A stretch of 64,000 bases of DNA from contig CAYMQG010000080.1 of the NCBI GenBank assembly GCA_964392625.1, positions 13,335-77,334 of the forward strand, read 5' to 3'. The stretch comes from an uncultured Gammaproteobacteria bacterium (lineage in GTDB: Bacteria > Pseudomonadota > Gammaproteobacteria > Steroidobacterales > Foliamicaceae). Shown here piece by piece: positions 21,694-33,923 of the stretch. Each line of letters opens with the position of its first letter. Position 1 is the first letter of the stretch. The notes under the pieces were generated by a model. That model searched no databases. It had not been told where the DNA came from and saw nothing but the letters and a program-made list of their open reading frames with translations. Made by a program: the position numbers and the translations under genes.

Positions 21694-22026
21694 TCAGATG
21701 CCCTTGATCGTGCCCCTGGGCAATACCGCGCTCACGCTTTGCCGTTGCACCTTGACCTGCACGTCCCTGGCTACTTCCAGCGTCACGAACTGCTCGGCGA
21801 GGCCGGTAATGCGGCCCACCATGCCGCCCGAGGCCAGCACCTCGTCGCCTTCCGACAGCCCGGCCACCAGCGCACGGTGCGCCTTGTTGCGCTTGCTCTG
21901 CGGGCGAATCACCATGAAATACATGACCGCGAAGATCAGCACCATCGTGAAAATCATCGGCAGCATGCTGGGGCCTTCGCCGCCCTGCTGGTCCCAGGCG
22001 GGAGAAATCAGTATGTCGAGAAGCAT
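21694..22026 (-). CDS. yajC: Preprotein translocase accessory subunit YajC
   Basis: 110 aa with a single TM and the motifs RPQSKR and GDEVLASGGMVGRI. Conserved tgt-yajC-secD-secF order. Confidence 0.93.
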   Translation of the reverse strand: MLLDILISPAWDQQGGEGPSMLPMIFTMVLIFAVMYFMVIRPQSKRNKAHRALVAGLSEGDEVLASGGMVGRITGLAEQFVTLEVARDVQVKVQRQSVSAVLPRGTIKGI

Positions 22027-22088
22027 GACGGGTGGGTCCGTTTGTGGCTCATTCCTGATCCGAAATTATCGCACACCGCACCCTTCGA

Positions 22089-24199
<2,111 letters not shown>

Positions 24200-24288
24200 G
24201 CGCGCATTGTAGGGAAAGGCCCCGCGGGTGTCGTGCCCCTCTTGCCGGAGGCTCCCCGGAGGCGCCGCGAACTTGCGCCGTATGCGGG

Positions 24289-25284
24289 CTAGGTTGAACC
24301 GCGCTCGCGCATGGGAGGAGCTTCGGGGACGGCGGGCGCGGGCGGGCTGATCAAATTGCCGCGCGTGATCCGTCCGGAACGCTCCGGCAGCTCGAAACGC
24401 ACCGTGCGGCTTCGCTTGTGCCGCATCACTTCAAGCTCCACTTCCTCGCCCGGCTCATAAGAGCGCAGTATGCGCGTGGCCTGGCGGGCATCCCTGAAAG
24501 TCCGTCCGCCGATCTTGCGGATCACGTCGCCGTCTTCCAGCCCGATGTCCTCGTTCTCGGGCGCGCGCACCACCAGCAGGCCCTCGTCAACCCCGAAATA
24601 CTCGCCCAGGGCGGGGGTCAATTCCGCGACCTGCAAACCGCCCAGCCGCCAGGCCATGTCCGAGAAAGACAAGGCGTCGGCGGGAGCGCGCCGCACGCGC
24701 ACTACCCTGCGCGCCCTCCCGCCGTCGTCATCCACGTCAACCTCGACGTCCACGTTGCCGCCGCTGAAACTGTTTGCCAGCCTCCGGGCCCAACCCTCGG
24801 CCCGCTCGCCGAAACGGCGAGGCGCCACAAGGCCCCCACTAGCAACGATCTGCGTCCACGCATCGGTCTTGACCTGAACTTCCAGGTCGTCGCCGTCACG
24901 CCGGTATCCGACGGAGACTTCACTGCCCGGCTCCGTTTCGGCCAGCATGTCGCGAAGATGCTCATACGACTGCTCGCCGCTTGGACCGGCCAGCGATTCC
25001 CCGTTGATCGAGGTCAGCAGGTCTTCCGCCCGCAATCCCGCCTGCTCGGCCGGGCCGCCCGGCGATACCGACAACACGTTCAGTCCCTCAACGGGACCGT
25101 CGGCCCAGTTGCCCAGGCTTATGCCCAGGCGCGCGCCCTTCACGCGTTCCTGCAAAGCCAGGACTTCCTGGCGCAGCATGTCGGCGAACTGCTCTTCGGG
25201 CAAGCCGCCCTCATGCGGGTGCGCATTGAGCCCGATGGGGGCAAGCATCAGCGTCAGCAATGGCGTCAGTGCAAGAATTCTCAT
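24289..25284 (-). CDS. Secreted protein with two PDZ domains
   Basis: Signal peptide MRILALTPLLTLMLAPIGLNA. Two PDZ-like segments (VLSVSPGGPAEQAGLRAEDLLTSING; VVRAPENEDIGLEDGDVIRKIGG). Last gene of the ECF sigma operon. Confidence 0.65.
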   Translation of the reverse strand: MRILALTPLLTLMLAPIGLNAHPHEGGLPEEQFADMLRQEVLALQERVKGARLGISLGNWADGPVEGLNVLSVSPGGPAEQAGLRAEDLLTSINGESLAGPSGEQSYEHLRDMLAETEPGSEVSVGYRRDGDDLEVQVKTDAWTQIVASGGLVAPRRFGERAEGWARRLANSFSGGNVDVEVDVDDDGGRARRVVRVRRAPADALSFSDMAWRLGGLQVAELTPALGEYFGVDEGLLVVRAPENEDIGLEDGDVIRKIGGRTFRDARQATRILRSYEPGEEVELEVMRHKRSRTVRFELPERSGRITRGNLISPPAPAVPEAPPMRERGST

Positions 25285-25317
25285 GATTGGCTACTCCTGT
25301 CTTCTGTATCGGATACG

Positions 25318-25950
25318 CTAGAAATCGGCGTAAATGAAGCCGGCCTCCGCCGCCTCCGCGCGGCGCAAGTCAAAAAGGTCTTCCATCAGCAGGGCCCGCT
25401 CCTGAAGCAGCCGGCGGGGAACCGCCCGATCGCCGGCATTGAGCGTGGCCGGTATCAATCCCTCATCCAGCAGCGCAATCTGGTCCTCAAGTTCGGTCGT
25501 GAGTCCGAACGAACCCACTTCCACGACCTGGCCCGGCCCCGCCGGTTCGAACAGCGGCAGCGACCTCAAGCGCTGCTCCTGGAACTGCGAGAAGGCAACC
25601 AGTGCGTCCATGTCCATCCGCTCCAGTTGCTGCCCGAATTCCGGTGTGATTCCGCCGGCCGGCCCGAATGCGGCTGCCTCCGGACCGGCGTTTACGCCAT
25701 CGGCGTCCGGTCCGGCAAGAAAGTCTGCGCCCAGCCTGAAGCCGACCACGGCAACCGCGATGCTCGCCGCGACCGCCATTCCTCCGCCCCGATAGCGCCG
25801 GCGGCGGGACTCGAGCTGCCGTTGGGCTTCGTACCGGTCAAGCACGCGTTGCCAGCCGCCCTCGGGAGCCCTCTTCGGAGGCATTGCTCTCAAGGCCTCG
25901 GCGATGCCGCCGCCATCGGCGGGACTGTTCTCGGTTTGACTGCGTGTCAT
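25318..25950 (-). CDS. Putative anti-sigma factor (single-pass membrane protein)
   Basis: ATG at 25950 with GGAG upstream, 11 nt after the sigma-factor stop. One TM (MAVAASIAVAVVGF). The assignment rests on position only: no zinc-finger anti-sigma motif is seen. The longer track ORF (to 26592) is a run-on through the sigma gene in another frame. Confidence 0.45.
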   Translation of the reverse strand: MTRSQTENSPADGGGIAEALRAMPPKRAPEGGWQRVLDRYEAQRQLESRRRRYRGGGMAVAASIAVAVVGFRLGADFLAGPDADGVNAGPEAAAFGPAGGITPEFGQQLERMDMDALVAFSQFQEQRLRSLPLFEPAGPGQVVEVGSFGLTTELEDQIALLDEGLIPATLNAGDRAVPRRLLQERALLMEDLFDLRRAEAAEAGFIYADF

Positions 25951-25961
25951 TCGGGTCTCCT

Positions 25962-26555
25962 TCAGGCGATCATCGCCTGCCGCACGGGCGCCGCGGACGC
26001 CTTGGCCGCGGGAGCCAGGCGCTCCCGCAAGCGCTTGTGGGCGCGCGCCAGTTGCGATTTGGAAAAACTGCTGGTGCGATTCATCATTTCGGCAATTTCC
26101 TTGTGCGTGTATCCCTCCACGTCGTGCAGCCATACGACCGCGCGGGCCGTAGGCGACAGGCTGTCCAGGGCCGCCTCCAGGTCCATGGCCAGTTCCGGGG
26201 TTTCCTCGTTGGCCTGGATTTCGAACGTTCCCTCCTCCCCGACGATCTCGGTGAAAAGCAGGCGTCGGCGGTTCCATGCGGCGCGCATGTGCATCAGGCA
26301 GCGCGAGACGGCGATACGCCGGATCCAGGTGGCCAGCGAGGCTTCTCCCCGGAATTTTGCAATGCCCCGCAAGACTTCCACGAAACTCTCCTGAAGTATG
26401 TCGTCCGCCACCGTCGGCGACCCCGTCATCCGCAGCGCGAGCGTATAGACCGGGTCCGCGAACTGGCGGTAAATGATCTCGTGCGCCTTCATGTCGCCGC
26501 GCTGGGCGGCGCGCACGAATGCCGGATCGATGGTCCTGTTGGCAAACCCCGACAT
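25962..26555 (-). CDS. ECF-type RNA polymerase sigma-70 family factor
   Basis: Region 2 (DILQESFVEVLRGIAKFRGEASLATWIRRIAVSRCL) and region 4 HTH (GYTHKEIAEMMNRTSSFSKSQLARAHKRLRE). ATG at 26555. The upstream part of the track ORF is the antisense translation of tRNA-Leu. Confidence 0.88.
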   Translation of the reverse strand: MSGFANRTIDPAFVRAAQRGDMKAHEIIYRQFADPVYTLALRMTGSPTVADDILQESFVEVLRGIAKFRGEASLATWIRRIAVSRCLMHMRAAWNRRRLLFTEIVGEEGTFEIQANEETPELAMDLEAALDSLSPTARAVVWLHDVEGYTHKEIAEMMNRTSSFSKSQLARAHKRLRERLAPAAKASAAPVRQAMIA

Positions 26556-26634
26556 GCTCGGATAGATGCGATTCCCTGACAGATGGTTGCAAGGCAACGT
26601 ATTGCAGCGCACTAGTGTATCCTTCCGTTCCGGC

Positions 26635-26718
26635 GCCGGGATGGCGGAATTGGTAGACGCACCGGACTCAAAATCCGGCGGGGTGAAACCCGTGCGAGTT
26701 CGAGTCTCGCTCCCGGCA
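26635..26718 (+). tRNA. tRNA-Leu (anticodon CAA)
   Basis: GCCGGGATGGCGGAATTGGTAGACGCACCGGACTCAAAATCCGGCGGGGTGAAACCCGTGCGAGTTCGAGTCTCGCTCCCGGCA. Acceptor stem GCCGGGA/TCCCGGC, anticodon loop CTCAAAA, long variable arm, T-loop GTTCGAGTC. Confidence 0.92.
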
Positions 26719-26769
26719 CCGTCCGAAATCAGATTCTTCACCTCCATTCAACGCTTATCGGAAAATCCC

Positions 26770-27318
26770 GTGCCTGCGCCCCCCAACAAGTTCTGCAGCC
26801 AGTGCGGCGCCCCGGTGACCAGCCGTATTCCGGAAGGCGAGGACCGGGAACGGGAGGTGTGCCCGGCCTGCAATTTCATCCATTACCGCAATCCCATTCC
26901 GGTAGTGGGCTGCGTTCCGGAGTACAAGGGGCGCATTCTGCTGTGCCGGCGGGCCATCGATCCACGCCTGGGCTACTGGACCGTACCGGCCGGATTCATG
27001 GAACTCGACGAGACCCTGGAAGAAGCCGCATTGCGCGAAACCCGGGAGGAGGCCTGCGCCGAAGTCCGCCTGGGCGAACTCTTTTCGATCGTGGACGTGC
27101 CGCGCGCGGGCCAGGTCCACTTCTTCTTCAGGGCGGAGGTCATCAACGGCCAATTCGAGCCCGGCGTCGAGTCGCTCGATGTCCGCCTCTTCGCGCCTGA
27201 CGAGATTCCCTTCGAGAGCATTGCCTTTCGAAGCGGCATCATCGCGCTGCGCCGCTACCTGGAAGGCCCGGAGAAGGGGCTGGTCCTGGATGCGGTTCGT
27301 CCCGGCGCTCCAGATTGA
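26770..27318 (+). CDS. NUDIX hydrolase with N-terminal zinc ribbon
   Basis: CSQCG...CPACN zinc ribbon and Nudix box GFMELDETLEEAALRETREEACAEV. The start is set at the in-frame GTG at 26770, the first start codon after the tRNA. The track ORF from 26566 would run through the tRNA gene. Confidence 0.8.
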   Translation: MPAPPNKFCSQCGAPVTSRIPEGEDREREVCPACNFIHYRNPIPVVGCVPEYKGRILLCRRAIDPRLGYWTVPAGFMELDETLEEAALRETREEACAEVRLGELFSIVDVPRAGQVHFFFRAEVINGQFEPGVESLDVRLFAPDEIPFESIAFRSGIIALRRYLEGPEKGLVLDAVRPGAPD

Positions 27319-27363
27319 ATATCATTACGGATTGGCGCCGGAAACCCTCGGAATACCTGATCA

Positions 27364-27687
27364 ATGACCTTCCTGGTACTGGAAAGCTGCATCAAATGCA
27401 AACTGATGGACTGCGTGGAAGTCTGTCCCGTGGATTGCTTCCACGAGGGCCCGAACATGCTCGTGATCGATCCGGAGGAATGCATCGATTGCACGCTTTG
27501 CGAGCCGGAATGCCCGGTGGACGCAATCGTCTCCGAAGACGAGATCCCGGCCGGCCAGGAGCAGTTCCTGGAATTGAACGCCGAACTTTCACAGGAATGG
27601 CCGGTGATCACCGAGGCCGGCGAACCCCCGCCCGACGCCGACGACTGGCGCGAGACTCCCGACAAACTCCAATACCTCGAACGCTGA
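27364..27687 (+). CDS. fdxA: 7Fe ferredoxin (Azotobacter FdI type)
   Basis: [26 protein letters not shown] ... [16 protein letters not shown]. The cysteine pattern fits a 3Fe-4S plus 4Fe-4S ferredoxin. 107 aa. Confidence 0.93.
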   Translation: MTFLVLESCIKCKLMDCVEVCPVDCFHEGPNMLVIDPEECIDCTLCEPECPVDAIVSEDEIPAGQEQFLELNAELSQEWPVITEAGEPPPDADDWRETPDKLQYLER

Positions 27688-27706
27688 CGCGTTCGCAGCT
27701 GTCGAT

Positions 27707-27949
27707 TCAGGCGACCTGCTTTCCGGCGATCGCCTCCCGCAGGCCTTCAAGAAGGCCTTCCATATGCGCCATCCGCTCGCGTAGCCGTCCTACTTCCTGC
27801 GCCAGCATCGATATCTCATCCCGCAGGGACCGTCCCAGCTCCGCATTCTCGGCGCGCAGTTCCTTGCGCATCGCCGTGCTGTCGGCGCGCAGCCACGCGA
27901 ACAGGCCGATCATCAGCGCGGCCAAAGCGATTGCGGGCGTCCAGTCCAT
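27707..27949 (-). CDS. Small membrane-anchored coiled-coil protein (hypothetical)
   Basis: 80 aa, with an N-terminal TM (AIALAALMIGLFAWL) followed by a heptad-like charged helix. No family recognised. Coding status not proven. Confidence 0.4.
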   Translation of the reverse strand: MDWTPAIALAALMIGLFAWLRADSTAMRKELRAENAELGRSLRDEISMLAQEVGRLRERMAHMEGLLEGLREAIAGKQVA

Positions 27950-28029
27950 GCCGCCAGTTTATGCCAGGACGACGTCAAGGCAAGAACAAAATGCGGGCCG
28001 TTTCGCCGGCATTTCAATCGGGATCTGCC

Positions 28030-29670
28030 TCACGGATCATCCGGCGCCTGCCTCACCAGCAAGGCCTGGCGCTTCGAATCGCCCGAGTCGTCGGAAGAAA
28101 TTACATAATGCGCCTGGGAGTTTGCGCTGGCAAATACGAAGTCCGCGAACCAGCGCCGCTCGCCGGCCGCATCGACCAGCGGCAGATTGAAGCGTTCGGC
28201 CGGCTGGCCGAATTCGATATCGTACGTTTGAATGTGATCGGGGTACTCACCGTCGCGGTTCTCCACCGCGTACCAGAGTCTGTCGGAGGCGTTCGACGCC
28301 GCGTGGCGAATACGATCTGCGGCGTCCAGGCCGCCGAGCCGCATGGCGAAAAGCATGTCCGTTTCGCGATCGTCGCTTGCGCGCACGACCACGCCGCAGG
28401 GCGAGAGAATAACGTCGCCGTCCGGGCCGAACCAGACATTGCCGCAGAACGGATAGTCCCCGTGATAGGGCGAGTCGTAGTAATCGTCGATTGCGCCCGC
28501 GACGATCGAATAGCGTTTGATGTCGCTCGGCGAGAGGTCGGTGTCGGCGCCGTAGATCTTGGCGCCGGACGGATGCAGCCTTGCCCGCATCTGATGGCGC
28601 ACCTGGTCTTGTCCACCCTGACTGACTGCGCCGGACACCAGGTCCACGCTGTAAATCGAGACCCACTGGCCCGTGTCGGGGAAGCCGTAGGCATATCCGT
28701 TTCCATCGATAACGACGTCGCCCAGACTCGCCGGCACGCCGTGGGTTTCCAACAGGCTCATGGCGTTCAGATCGACATGCGATACCCACCCATCGTGGCC
28801 CACTGCGGCATACGCTCCATCCAGTGAGACCGAAACCGCTTTGCCGGGCGTCGGCAATTCCACCGCAGCCCGGTCTCCATCGGGACGGATCGTCAGGAGC
28901 CTTTCTTCAGCAAGCGCGACGATCCGCTCTCCGACCGGATCGAACTCCGCGTCGATAATCGATTCATCGAGTGCAATCACGGTGTAGACCGTGACATCGA
29001 AGGATTCGAGCGTCACGGACGCGGGCTCGTAGCCATCGTCGACTTCCAGTTCGAATACGTAGGTGCCTTGCCTGTCGAAACGAATCGTCTGCACCGGTCC
29101 GTCGTAGACGGTGTCTATGCCGGAATCCGTCGGCAGCTCGACGACCCGCCAGGTAAAACTCAATTCGTGGCCATCCGGGTCGCTGGATCCTTGCGCATCG
29201 AGAGACACGTCGGAGCCTGTTACGGCAATTCGGTCCACGCCGGCGACCTCCACGACGGGTGGTTCGTTGGTAAGGGTTACCGTAACGGTGTCCGTGCTTG
29301 CGAGTCCCTCCGGGTCGCTCACCTCAAGTTCGAAAACGTATTCCCCGGTTTGCGCAGCGACGAAGGAGGGTTGCGCGCCTGCAGGATCGTCCAGCTCGAC
29401 ATCGGCAGATGCCGGCTGCGAGCTTACCTGCCACTGATACGTCAGTGTGTCGGCATCCGGATCGCTGCTGCCGGTGGCGTCCAGGGCAACGGGGGAAGAC
29501 TGGATAGCTTGCGTGATGTCGTTGCCCGCGTCGGCCACCGGCGCACGGTTGGCCGGCGCGACGGATTGCGGGGACGAGGAAGAACCACCGCCGCAACCGG
29601 ACAACGGCAGCATGCTGGCTGATGCGGCGATCCAGGCGACCGAAATGAATACCGCTCTTGTAGTCGGCAT
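28030..29670 (-). CDS. Lipoprotein with two PKD-like Ig domains and a large uncharacterised C-terminal domain
   Basis: Lipobox LPLSGCGGGSSSS. Two repeats of the type ...LDATGSSDPDADTLTYQWQV.../...LDAQGSSDPDGHELSFTWRV..., which are typical PKD signatures. The remaining roughly 330 aa are Asp/Gly/Tyr-rich and may form a beta-propeller (unverified). Confidence 0.7.
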   Translation of the reverse strand: MPTTRAVFISVAWIAASASMLPLSGCGGGSSSSPQSVAPANRAPVADAGNDITQAIQSSPVALDATGSSDPDADTLTYQWQVSSQPASADVELDDPAGAQPSFVAAQTGEYVFELEVSDPEGLASTDTVTVTLTNEPPVVEVAGVDRIAVTGSDVSLDAQGSSDPDGHELSFTWRVVELPTDSGIDTVYDGPVQTIRFDRQGTYVFELEVDDGYEPASVTLESFDVTVYTVIALDESIIDAEFDPVGERIVALAEERLLTIRPDGDRAAVELPTPGKAVSVSLDGAYAAVGHDGWVSHVDLNAMSLLETHGVPASLGDVVIDGNGYAYGFPDTGQWVSIYSVDLVSGAVSQGGQDQVRHQMRARLHPSGAKIYGADTDLSPSDIKRYSIVAGAIDDYYDSPYHGDYPFCGNVWFGPDGDVILSPCGVVVRASDDRETDMLFAMRLGGLDAADRIRHAASNASDRLWYAVENRDGEYPDHIQTYDIEFGQPAERFNLPLVDAAGERRWFADFVFASANSQAHYVISSDDSGDSKRQALLVRQAPDDP

Positions 29671-29682
29671 GTCGCCGATGTT

Positions 29683-30417
29683 TCAGTCGTCGGTTTCGTT
29701 GAGGATCGCGGCCAGGCGAACGGGCGGCACGTAACCGGGAATCAGGTCGCCGGCGGGGGTCAGGAGGGCCGGCGTGCCGCTCAATCCGATTTGCCGGCCC
29801 AGTTCGAAGTGCCGCTCCACGGACACGGAATCGCATTTCCGTTCGGGCACGAATCCACCGGCCTTCGCCACGGTGAGGGCCGCGGGGCGATCGTCCGAGC
29901 ACCAGATCGACTGCATCGTGGCCCAGCTGTCGGTGTCCGGTCCGGAGCGGGGAAAGGCCACGTAGCGGACTCCGATGCCCAGTTCGTGATACTCGGCCAT
30001 CTGCTGGTGCAGCCTGCGGCAGTATCCGCAGTCCACGTCGGTGAAGACGAGCAATTCGTGCTCGGTCCTGTCCGGCAAAAAGTCGAGCGTGTCCCACTCG
30101 TCCAGGCTTGCCAGCAGTTCCCGGCGCACTTCGGCGCGGCGCGATTCGGTCAGGTTCTCGCCGTTGGACACGTTCTGGAGATCGCCCGAGCCCAGGAACC
30201 CGAACTGTCCGCTGGCGTCGACGTAGGCAAGTCGATAACCGAACCGCAATTCGTACAGCCCCGGCACCGGGGTGGGACGCACTTCGTCCACGTTCGCGTA
30301 TTTCTCCCTGAGTTGCGCGATATCGGCCTGGATGTCGGCGGAGTCGCTGGAGTACAGAACGATGGGTGCGAGCAGCAGCGTCAGCGGGGCAATGCGCCTG
30401 AGGAAGTTCGTCTTCAT
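29683..30417 (-). CDS. dsbC: Thiol:disulfide interchange protein DsbC
   Basis: Signal peptide from the ATG at 30417 (MKTNFLRRIAPLTLLLAPIVLYS), an N-terminal dimerisation domain, and the thioredoxin active site FTDVDCGYCRRLH. Confidence 0.85.
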   Translation of the reverse strand: MKTNFLRRIAPLTLLLAPIVLYSSDSADIQADIAQLREKYANVDEVRPTPVPGLYELRFGYRLAYVDASGQFGFLGSGDLQNVSNGENLTESRRAEVRRELLASLDEWDTLDFLPDRTEHELLVFTDVDCGYCRRLHQQMAEYHELGIGVRYVAFPRSGPDTDSWATMQSIWCSDDRPAALTVAKAGGFVPERKCDSVSVERHFELGRQIGLSGTPALLTPAGDLIPGYVPPVRLAAILNETDD

Positions 30418-30475
30418 GCTTTTCGCTCTATCGTCGTAAGCCGAAATTATAGTTTCGCCTCCGGCCCGGAAAGAC

Positions 30476-32512
30476 TCAGGAAGCCTGGGCCCGGTCGGAA
30501 TCCGGCAGGCCGAGTCCGTCGCGCCGCAGCAGCAGGATTTCGTCGCGCAGCGCGGCGGCCTCCTCGAACTCGAGGTCCTGCGCATGCCGGTACATGCGTT
30601 TTTCCAGTTGCTTGATCTTCTTCATCACCTGCTCCGGCGTCAGCGCCCGGTACTCGGATACCCGTTCCGCCACCCTTCGCGCGGTCCGGCGGCGGCCCCG
30701 CCCCCGGACCACCGCTCCTTCCATGATGTCGGGAACGTCCTTCTGAATGCCGCGCGGCTCGATCCCCCGCTCCCGGTTGAATTCAATCTGCTTGCCGCGC
30801 CGGCGGTTGGTTTCCTCCAGCGCCCCGCGGATGGCCCCGGTGCGCTTGTCGGCATACAGGATGGCCATGCCGTTCAGATTGCGGGCCGCTCTTCCGATAG
30901 TCTGGATCAGCGAGCGTTCGGAGCGCAGAAAACCCTCCTTGTCCGCGTCGAAGATCGCGACCAGCGAGACTTCCGGCATGTCCAGGCCCTCCCGCAGCAG
31001 GTTGATGCCCACCAGCACGTCGAAGGCGCCCAGGCGCAGGTCGCGGATGATCTCCACCCGTTCCACCGTGTCGATGTCGGAATGCAGGTAGCGGACGCGT
31101 ACGCCGTGCTCCTCGAGGAACTCCGTCAGGTCTTCGGCCATGCGCTTGGTCAGCGTCGTGATCAGGACCCGCTCGTTCTGCTCCACGCGCAGTGCGATCT
31201 CGGACAGCACGTCATCGACCTGGCGTGACGCGGGGCGCACTTCCACCCGCGGGTCGATCAGCCCGGTGGGCCGCACGACCTGCTCCACCAGCGCGTCGGA
31301 ATGTTCGTGTTCGAAAGGTCCGGGCGTCGCCGAGACGTAGATGGTCTGCGGCGAAATCCGCTCGAATTCCCTGAACCGCAAGGGACGGTTATCGAGCGCC
31401 GACGGCAGCCGGAAACCGTACTGCACGAGCGTCTCCTTGCGCGAACGGTCGCCGCGGAACATGCCGCCCAGTTGCGGCAGCGTCACGTGGCTCTCGTCAA
31501 CGAACAGCAGCGCATTGGCCGGCACGTAGTCGAACAGGCACGGCGGCGGCTCGCCGGGATTCCGGCCCGAAAGGTAGCGGCTGTAGTTCTCGATGCCGGT
31601 GCAGTAGCCGACCTCCCGCATCATCTCGATATCGAAAAGGGTCCGCTGCTCGAGCCGCTGCGCCTCGACCAGACGCTGCTCCGCGCGCAGGAGCGTCAGG
31701 CGCTCCCTGAGTTCCCTCCTGATCTTGTCCACCGCGCCCTCCAGGGTCTCGCGCGGCGTCACGTAGTGCGTCTTCGGATAGATGGTGACGCGCGGCACGC
31801 GGCGGCCCATTTCGCCCGTCAGCGGATCGAAGTAGCGGATGTCCTCCACCTCGTCGTCGAAGAGTTGGACCCGGACCGCCTCGCGCTCGGACTCGGCGGG
31901 AAACACGTCGAGAACGTCGCCGCGGACCCGGAAGGTGCCCTGCCTCAGTTCCGCCTCGTTGCGGGTGTACTGAAGGTCCGCCAGGCGTCTCAGCAGGTCG
32001 CGCTGATCGACCCGGTCGCCGCGCACCAGGTGCAGGATCATCTGAAAGTAGGTGTCCGGATCGCCCAGGCCGTAGATCGCCGAAACGGTGGCCACGACGA
32101 TGGTGTCCTTGCGCTCCATGAGCGCCTTGGTCGCCGACAGCCGCATCTGCTCGATGTGCTGGTTGATCGATGCGTCCTTCTCGATATAGGTATCGGTGGA
32201 CGGCACGTACGCTTCGGGCTGGTAATAGTCGTAATACGAAACGAAATACTCGACCCGGTTTCGCGGGAAGAAATCCCGGAACTCGCCGTAAAGCTGGGCG
32301 GCCAGCGTCTTGTTGGGCGCGAGCACCAGCGCCGGCCGCTGCTGCCGGGCCACGACGCTGGCCAGTGTGTAGGTCTTTCCCGAACCGGTCACGCCCAGCA
32401 GTGTCTGGCGCGCAAGACCGGCTTCCAGCCCCTCGCACAGGCCGTCCACGGCCTGCGGCTGGTCGCCCGCCAGTTCGAAATCGGCCTGCAGTTCGAAGCG
32501 GTCCGCCTTCAT
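30476..32512 (-). CDS. uvrB: Excinuclease ABC subunit B
   Basis: [17 protein letters not shown], Walker [13 protein letters not shown] box ([10 protein letters not shown]), and C-terminal UVR domain ([19 protein letters not shown]). ATG at 32512. Confidence 0.97.
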   Translation of the reverse strand: MKADRFELQADFELAGDQPQAVDGLCEGLEAGLARQTLLGVTGSGKTYTLASVVARQQRPALVLAPNKTLAAQLYGEFRDFFPRNRVEYFVSYYDYYQPEAYVPSTDTYIEKDASINQHIEQMRLSATKALMERKDTIVVATVSAIYGLGDPDTYFQMILHLVRGDRVDQRDLLRRLADLQYTRNEAELRQGTFRVRGDVLDVFPAESEREAVRVQLFDDEVEDIRYFDPLTGEMGRRVPRVTIYPKTHYVTPRETLEGAVDKIRRELRERLTLLRAEQRLVEAQRLEQRTLFDIEMMREVGYCTGIENYSRYLSGRNPGEPPPCLFDYVPANALLFVDESHVTLPQLGGMFRGDRSRKETLVQYGFRLPSALDNRPLRFREFERISPQTIYVSATPGPFEHEHSDALVEQVVRPTGLIDPRVEVRPASRQVDDVLSEIALRVEQNERVLITTLTKRMAEDLTEFLEEHGVRVRYLHSDIDTVERVEIIRDLRLGAFDVLVGINLLREGLDMPEVSLVAIFDADKEGFLRSERSLIQTIGRAARNLNGMAILYADKRTGAIRGALEETNRRRGKQIEFNRERGIEPRGIQKDVPDIMEGAVVRGRGRRRTARRVAERVSEYRALTPEQVMKKIKQLEKRMYRHAQDLEFEEAAALRDEILLLRRDGLGLPDSDRAQAS

Positions 32513-32582
32513 GCCGGCACTGTAGCATTTCCGGCGGGCCGCGCCGATAAAATACGGACCGCAGAAACAAGCGAGCCTGATC

Positions 32583-33767
32583 ATGACTACCGTCCAGCTT
32601 TCCGAACGTGTTCAACGCGTCAAGCCATCAGCCACCATTGCCGTATCGACCCTTGCCCGCGAAATGCGCGCGGCGGGGCGTGACGTGCTCAGCCTGAGCG
32701 CGGGCGAGCCCGATTTCGATACGCCGGAGCACGTTTGCGCCGCAGCGGTTCAAGCCATGGAATCCGGCGACACGCGCTACACGGCCGCCGACGGCACTCC
32801 GGCCCTGAAGCAGGCCATCTGCAACAAGTTCGAGCGCGATAACAGTCTTGGCTTCGAACCCGGCCAGATCAGCGTGGGGGCCGGGGCCAAGCAGGTGCTG
32901 TACAACGTGTGCGCGGCAGTGCTGAACCCCGGCGACGAGGCCATCGTGCTGGCGCCCTACTGGGTGTCCTACCCCGACATCGTCAAGCTGTGCGACGGCG
33001 AGCCGGTGGTCGTGTCGGCCGGGTTGGAGGCCGGCTACAAGGTGACGCCCGAGCAGATCGAGCAGGCGATCACCGAGCGCACCCGGCTGATCTTCTTCAA
33101 TACGCCGAACAACCCCACCGGAGTCAGCTTCACCCGCGCCGAACTCAAGGCGCTGGGCGAGGTGCTGGCGCGGCACGAGCAGGTGCTGGTCGTTTCCGAC
33201 GACATCTACGAGCACATCTACTGGGGCGATGAGCCGTGGCTGACGCCGGCCCAGGTCTGGACCGGCATGCAGGACCGTATCGTCACGATCAACGGCGTAT
33301 CCAAGGCCTTCGCCATGACGGGCTGGCGCATCGGCTACGCGGCGGCCCACGTGGACCTGGTCAACGCGATGCGCAAACTGTGCAGCCAGAGCACCTCCAA
33401 TCCCTGCAGCATCTCGCAAGCGGCCGCGGCCGCGGCGCTGGAAGGCGACCAGTCGATCCTCACCACCATGCGCGACGCCTTCAGGGAGCGCTACGACTAC
33501 ATGTACGAGGCCGTCAACACGCTTCCGGGAATGCGTTGCGCTCCGGCGCAGGGCGCCTTTTACGTGTTTGCCGACGCGCGGGAGGCGATTCGGGCCAAGG
33601 GCCTGGATAACGACACGCAGATGGCCGAGCTGATCCTTTCCGAGGCCGAAGTCGCGCTGGTGCCCGGCGCGGCTTTCGGCGCCGAAGGCCACCTGCGGTT
33701 CTCCTTTGCCTGCGGCATGGACGACCTCAAGGAAGCCGTAAGCCGGATCGGGCGATTGCTCGCCTGA
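32583..33767 (+). CDS. Aspartate/aromatic aminotransferase, class I PLP enzyme
   Basis: 394 aa. [19 protein letters not shown] lysine in [13 protein letters not shown]. Diverges from uvrB. Confidence 0.88.
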   Translation: MTTVQLSERVQRVKPSATIAVSTLAREMRAAGRDVLSLSAGEPDFDTPEHVCAAAVQAMESGDTRYTAADGTPALKQAICNKFERDNSLGFEPGQISVGAGAKQVLYNVCAAVLNPGDEAIVLAPYWVSYPDIVKLCDGEPVVVSAGLEAGYKVTPEQIEQAITERTRLIFFNTPNNPTGVSFTRAELKALGEVLARHEQVLVVSDDIYEHIYWGDEPWLTPAQVWTGMQDRIVTINGVSKAFAMTGWRIGYAAAHVDLVNAMRKLCSQSTSNPCSISQAAAAAALEGDQSILTTMRDAFRERYDYMYEAVNTLPGMRCAPAQGAFYVFADAREAIRAKGLDNDTQMAELILSEAEVALVPGAAFGAEGHLRFSFACGMDDLKEAVSRIGRLLA

Positions 33768-33799
33768 AGCCCCCGATCCGGCTAAAATCGCGCCACGCT

Positions 33800-33875
33800 T
33801 CCCCGGTAGCTCAGTAGGTAGAGCGGTTGGCTGTTAACCAATTGGTCGCTGGTTCGAGTCCGGCCCGGGGAGCCA
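33800..33875 (+). tRNA. tRNA-Asn (anticodon GTT)
   Basis: TCCCCGGTAGCTCAGTAGGTAGAGCGGTTGGCTGTTAACCAATTGGTCGCTGGTTCGAGTCCGGCCCGGGGAGCCA. Acceptor stem TCCCCGG/CCGGGGA, anticodon loop CTGTTAA, CCA encoded. Confidence 0.93.
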
Positions 33876-33923
33876 GATTCGCGCTAGGATAGCGGGCAGT
33901 CGCACCCGTAGGCGCTCGATTCC

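Noticed and set aside
26556-26634. A possible ECF-type promoter upstream of the sigma-factor gene (GGAAC on the minus strand at about 26627-26631).
   Set aside because: Only a -35-like pentamer is seen. I could not find a convincing -10 (CGT/TCT-type) at 16-17 nt spacing, and the pentamer abuts the tRNA-Leu 5' end. The evidence is insufficient to annotate it.
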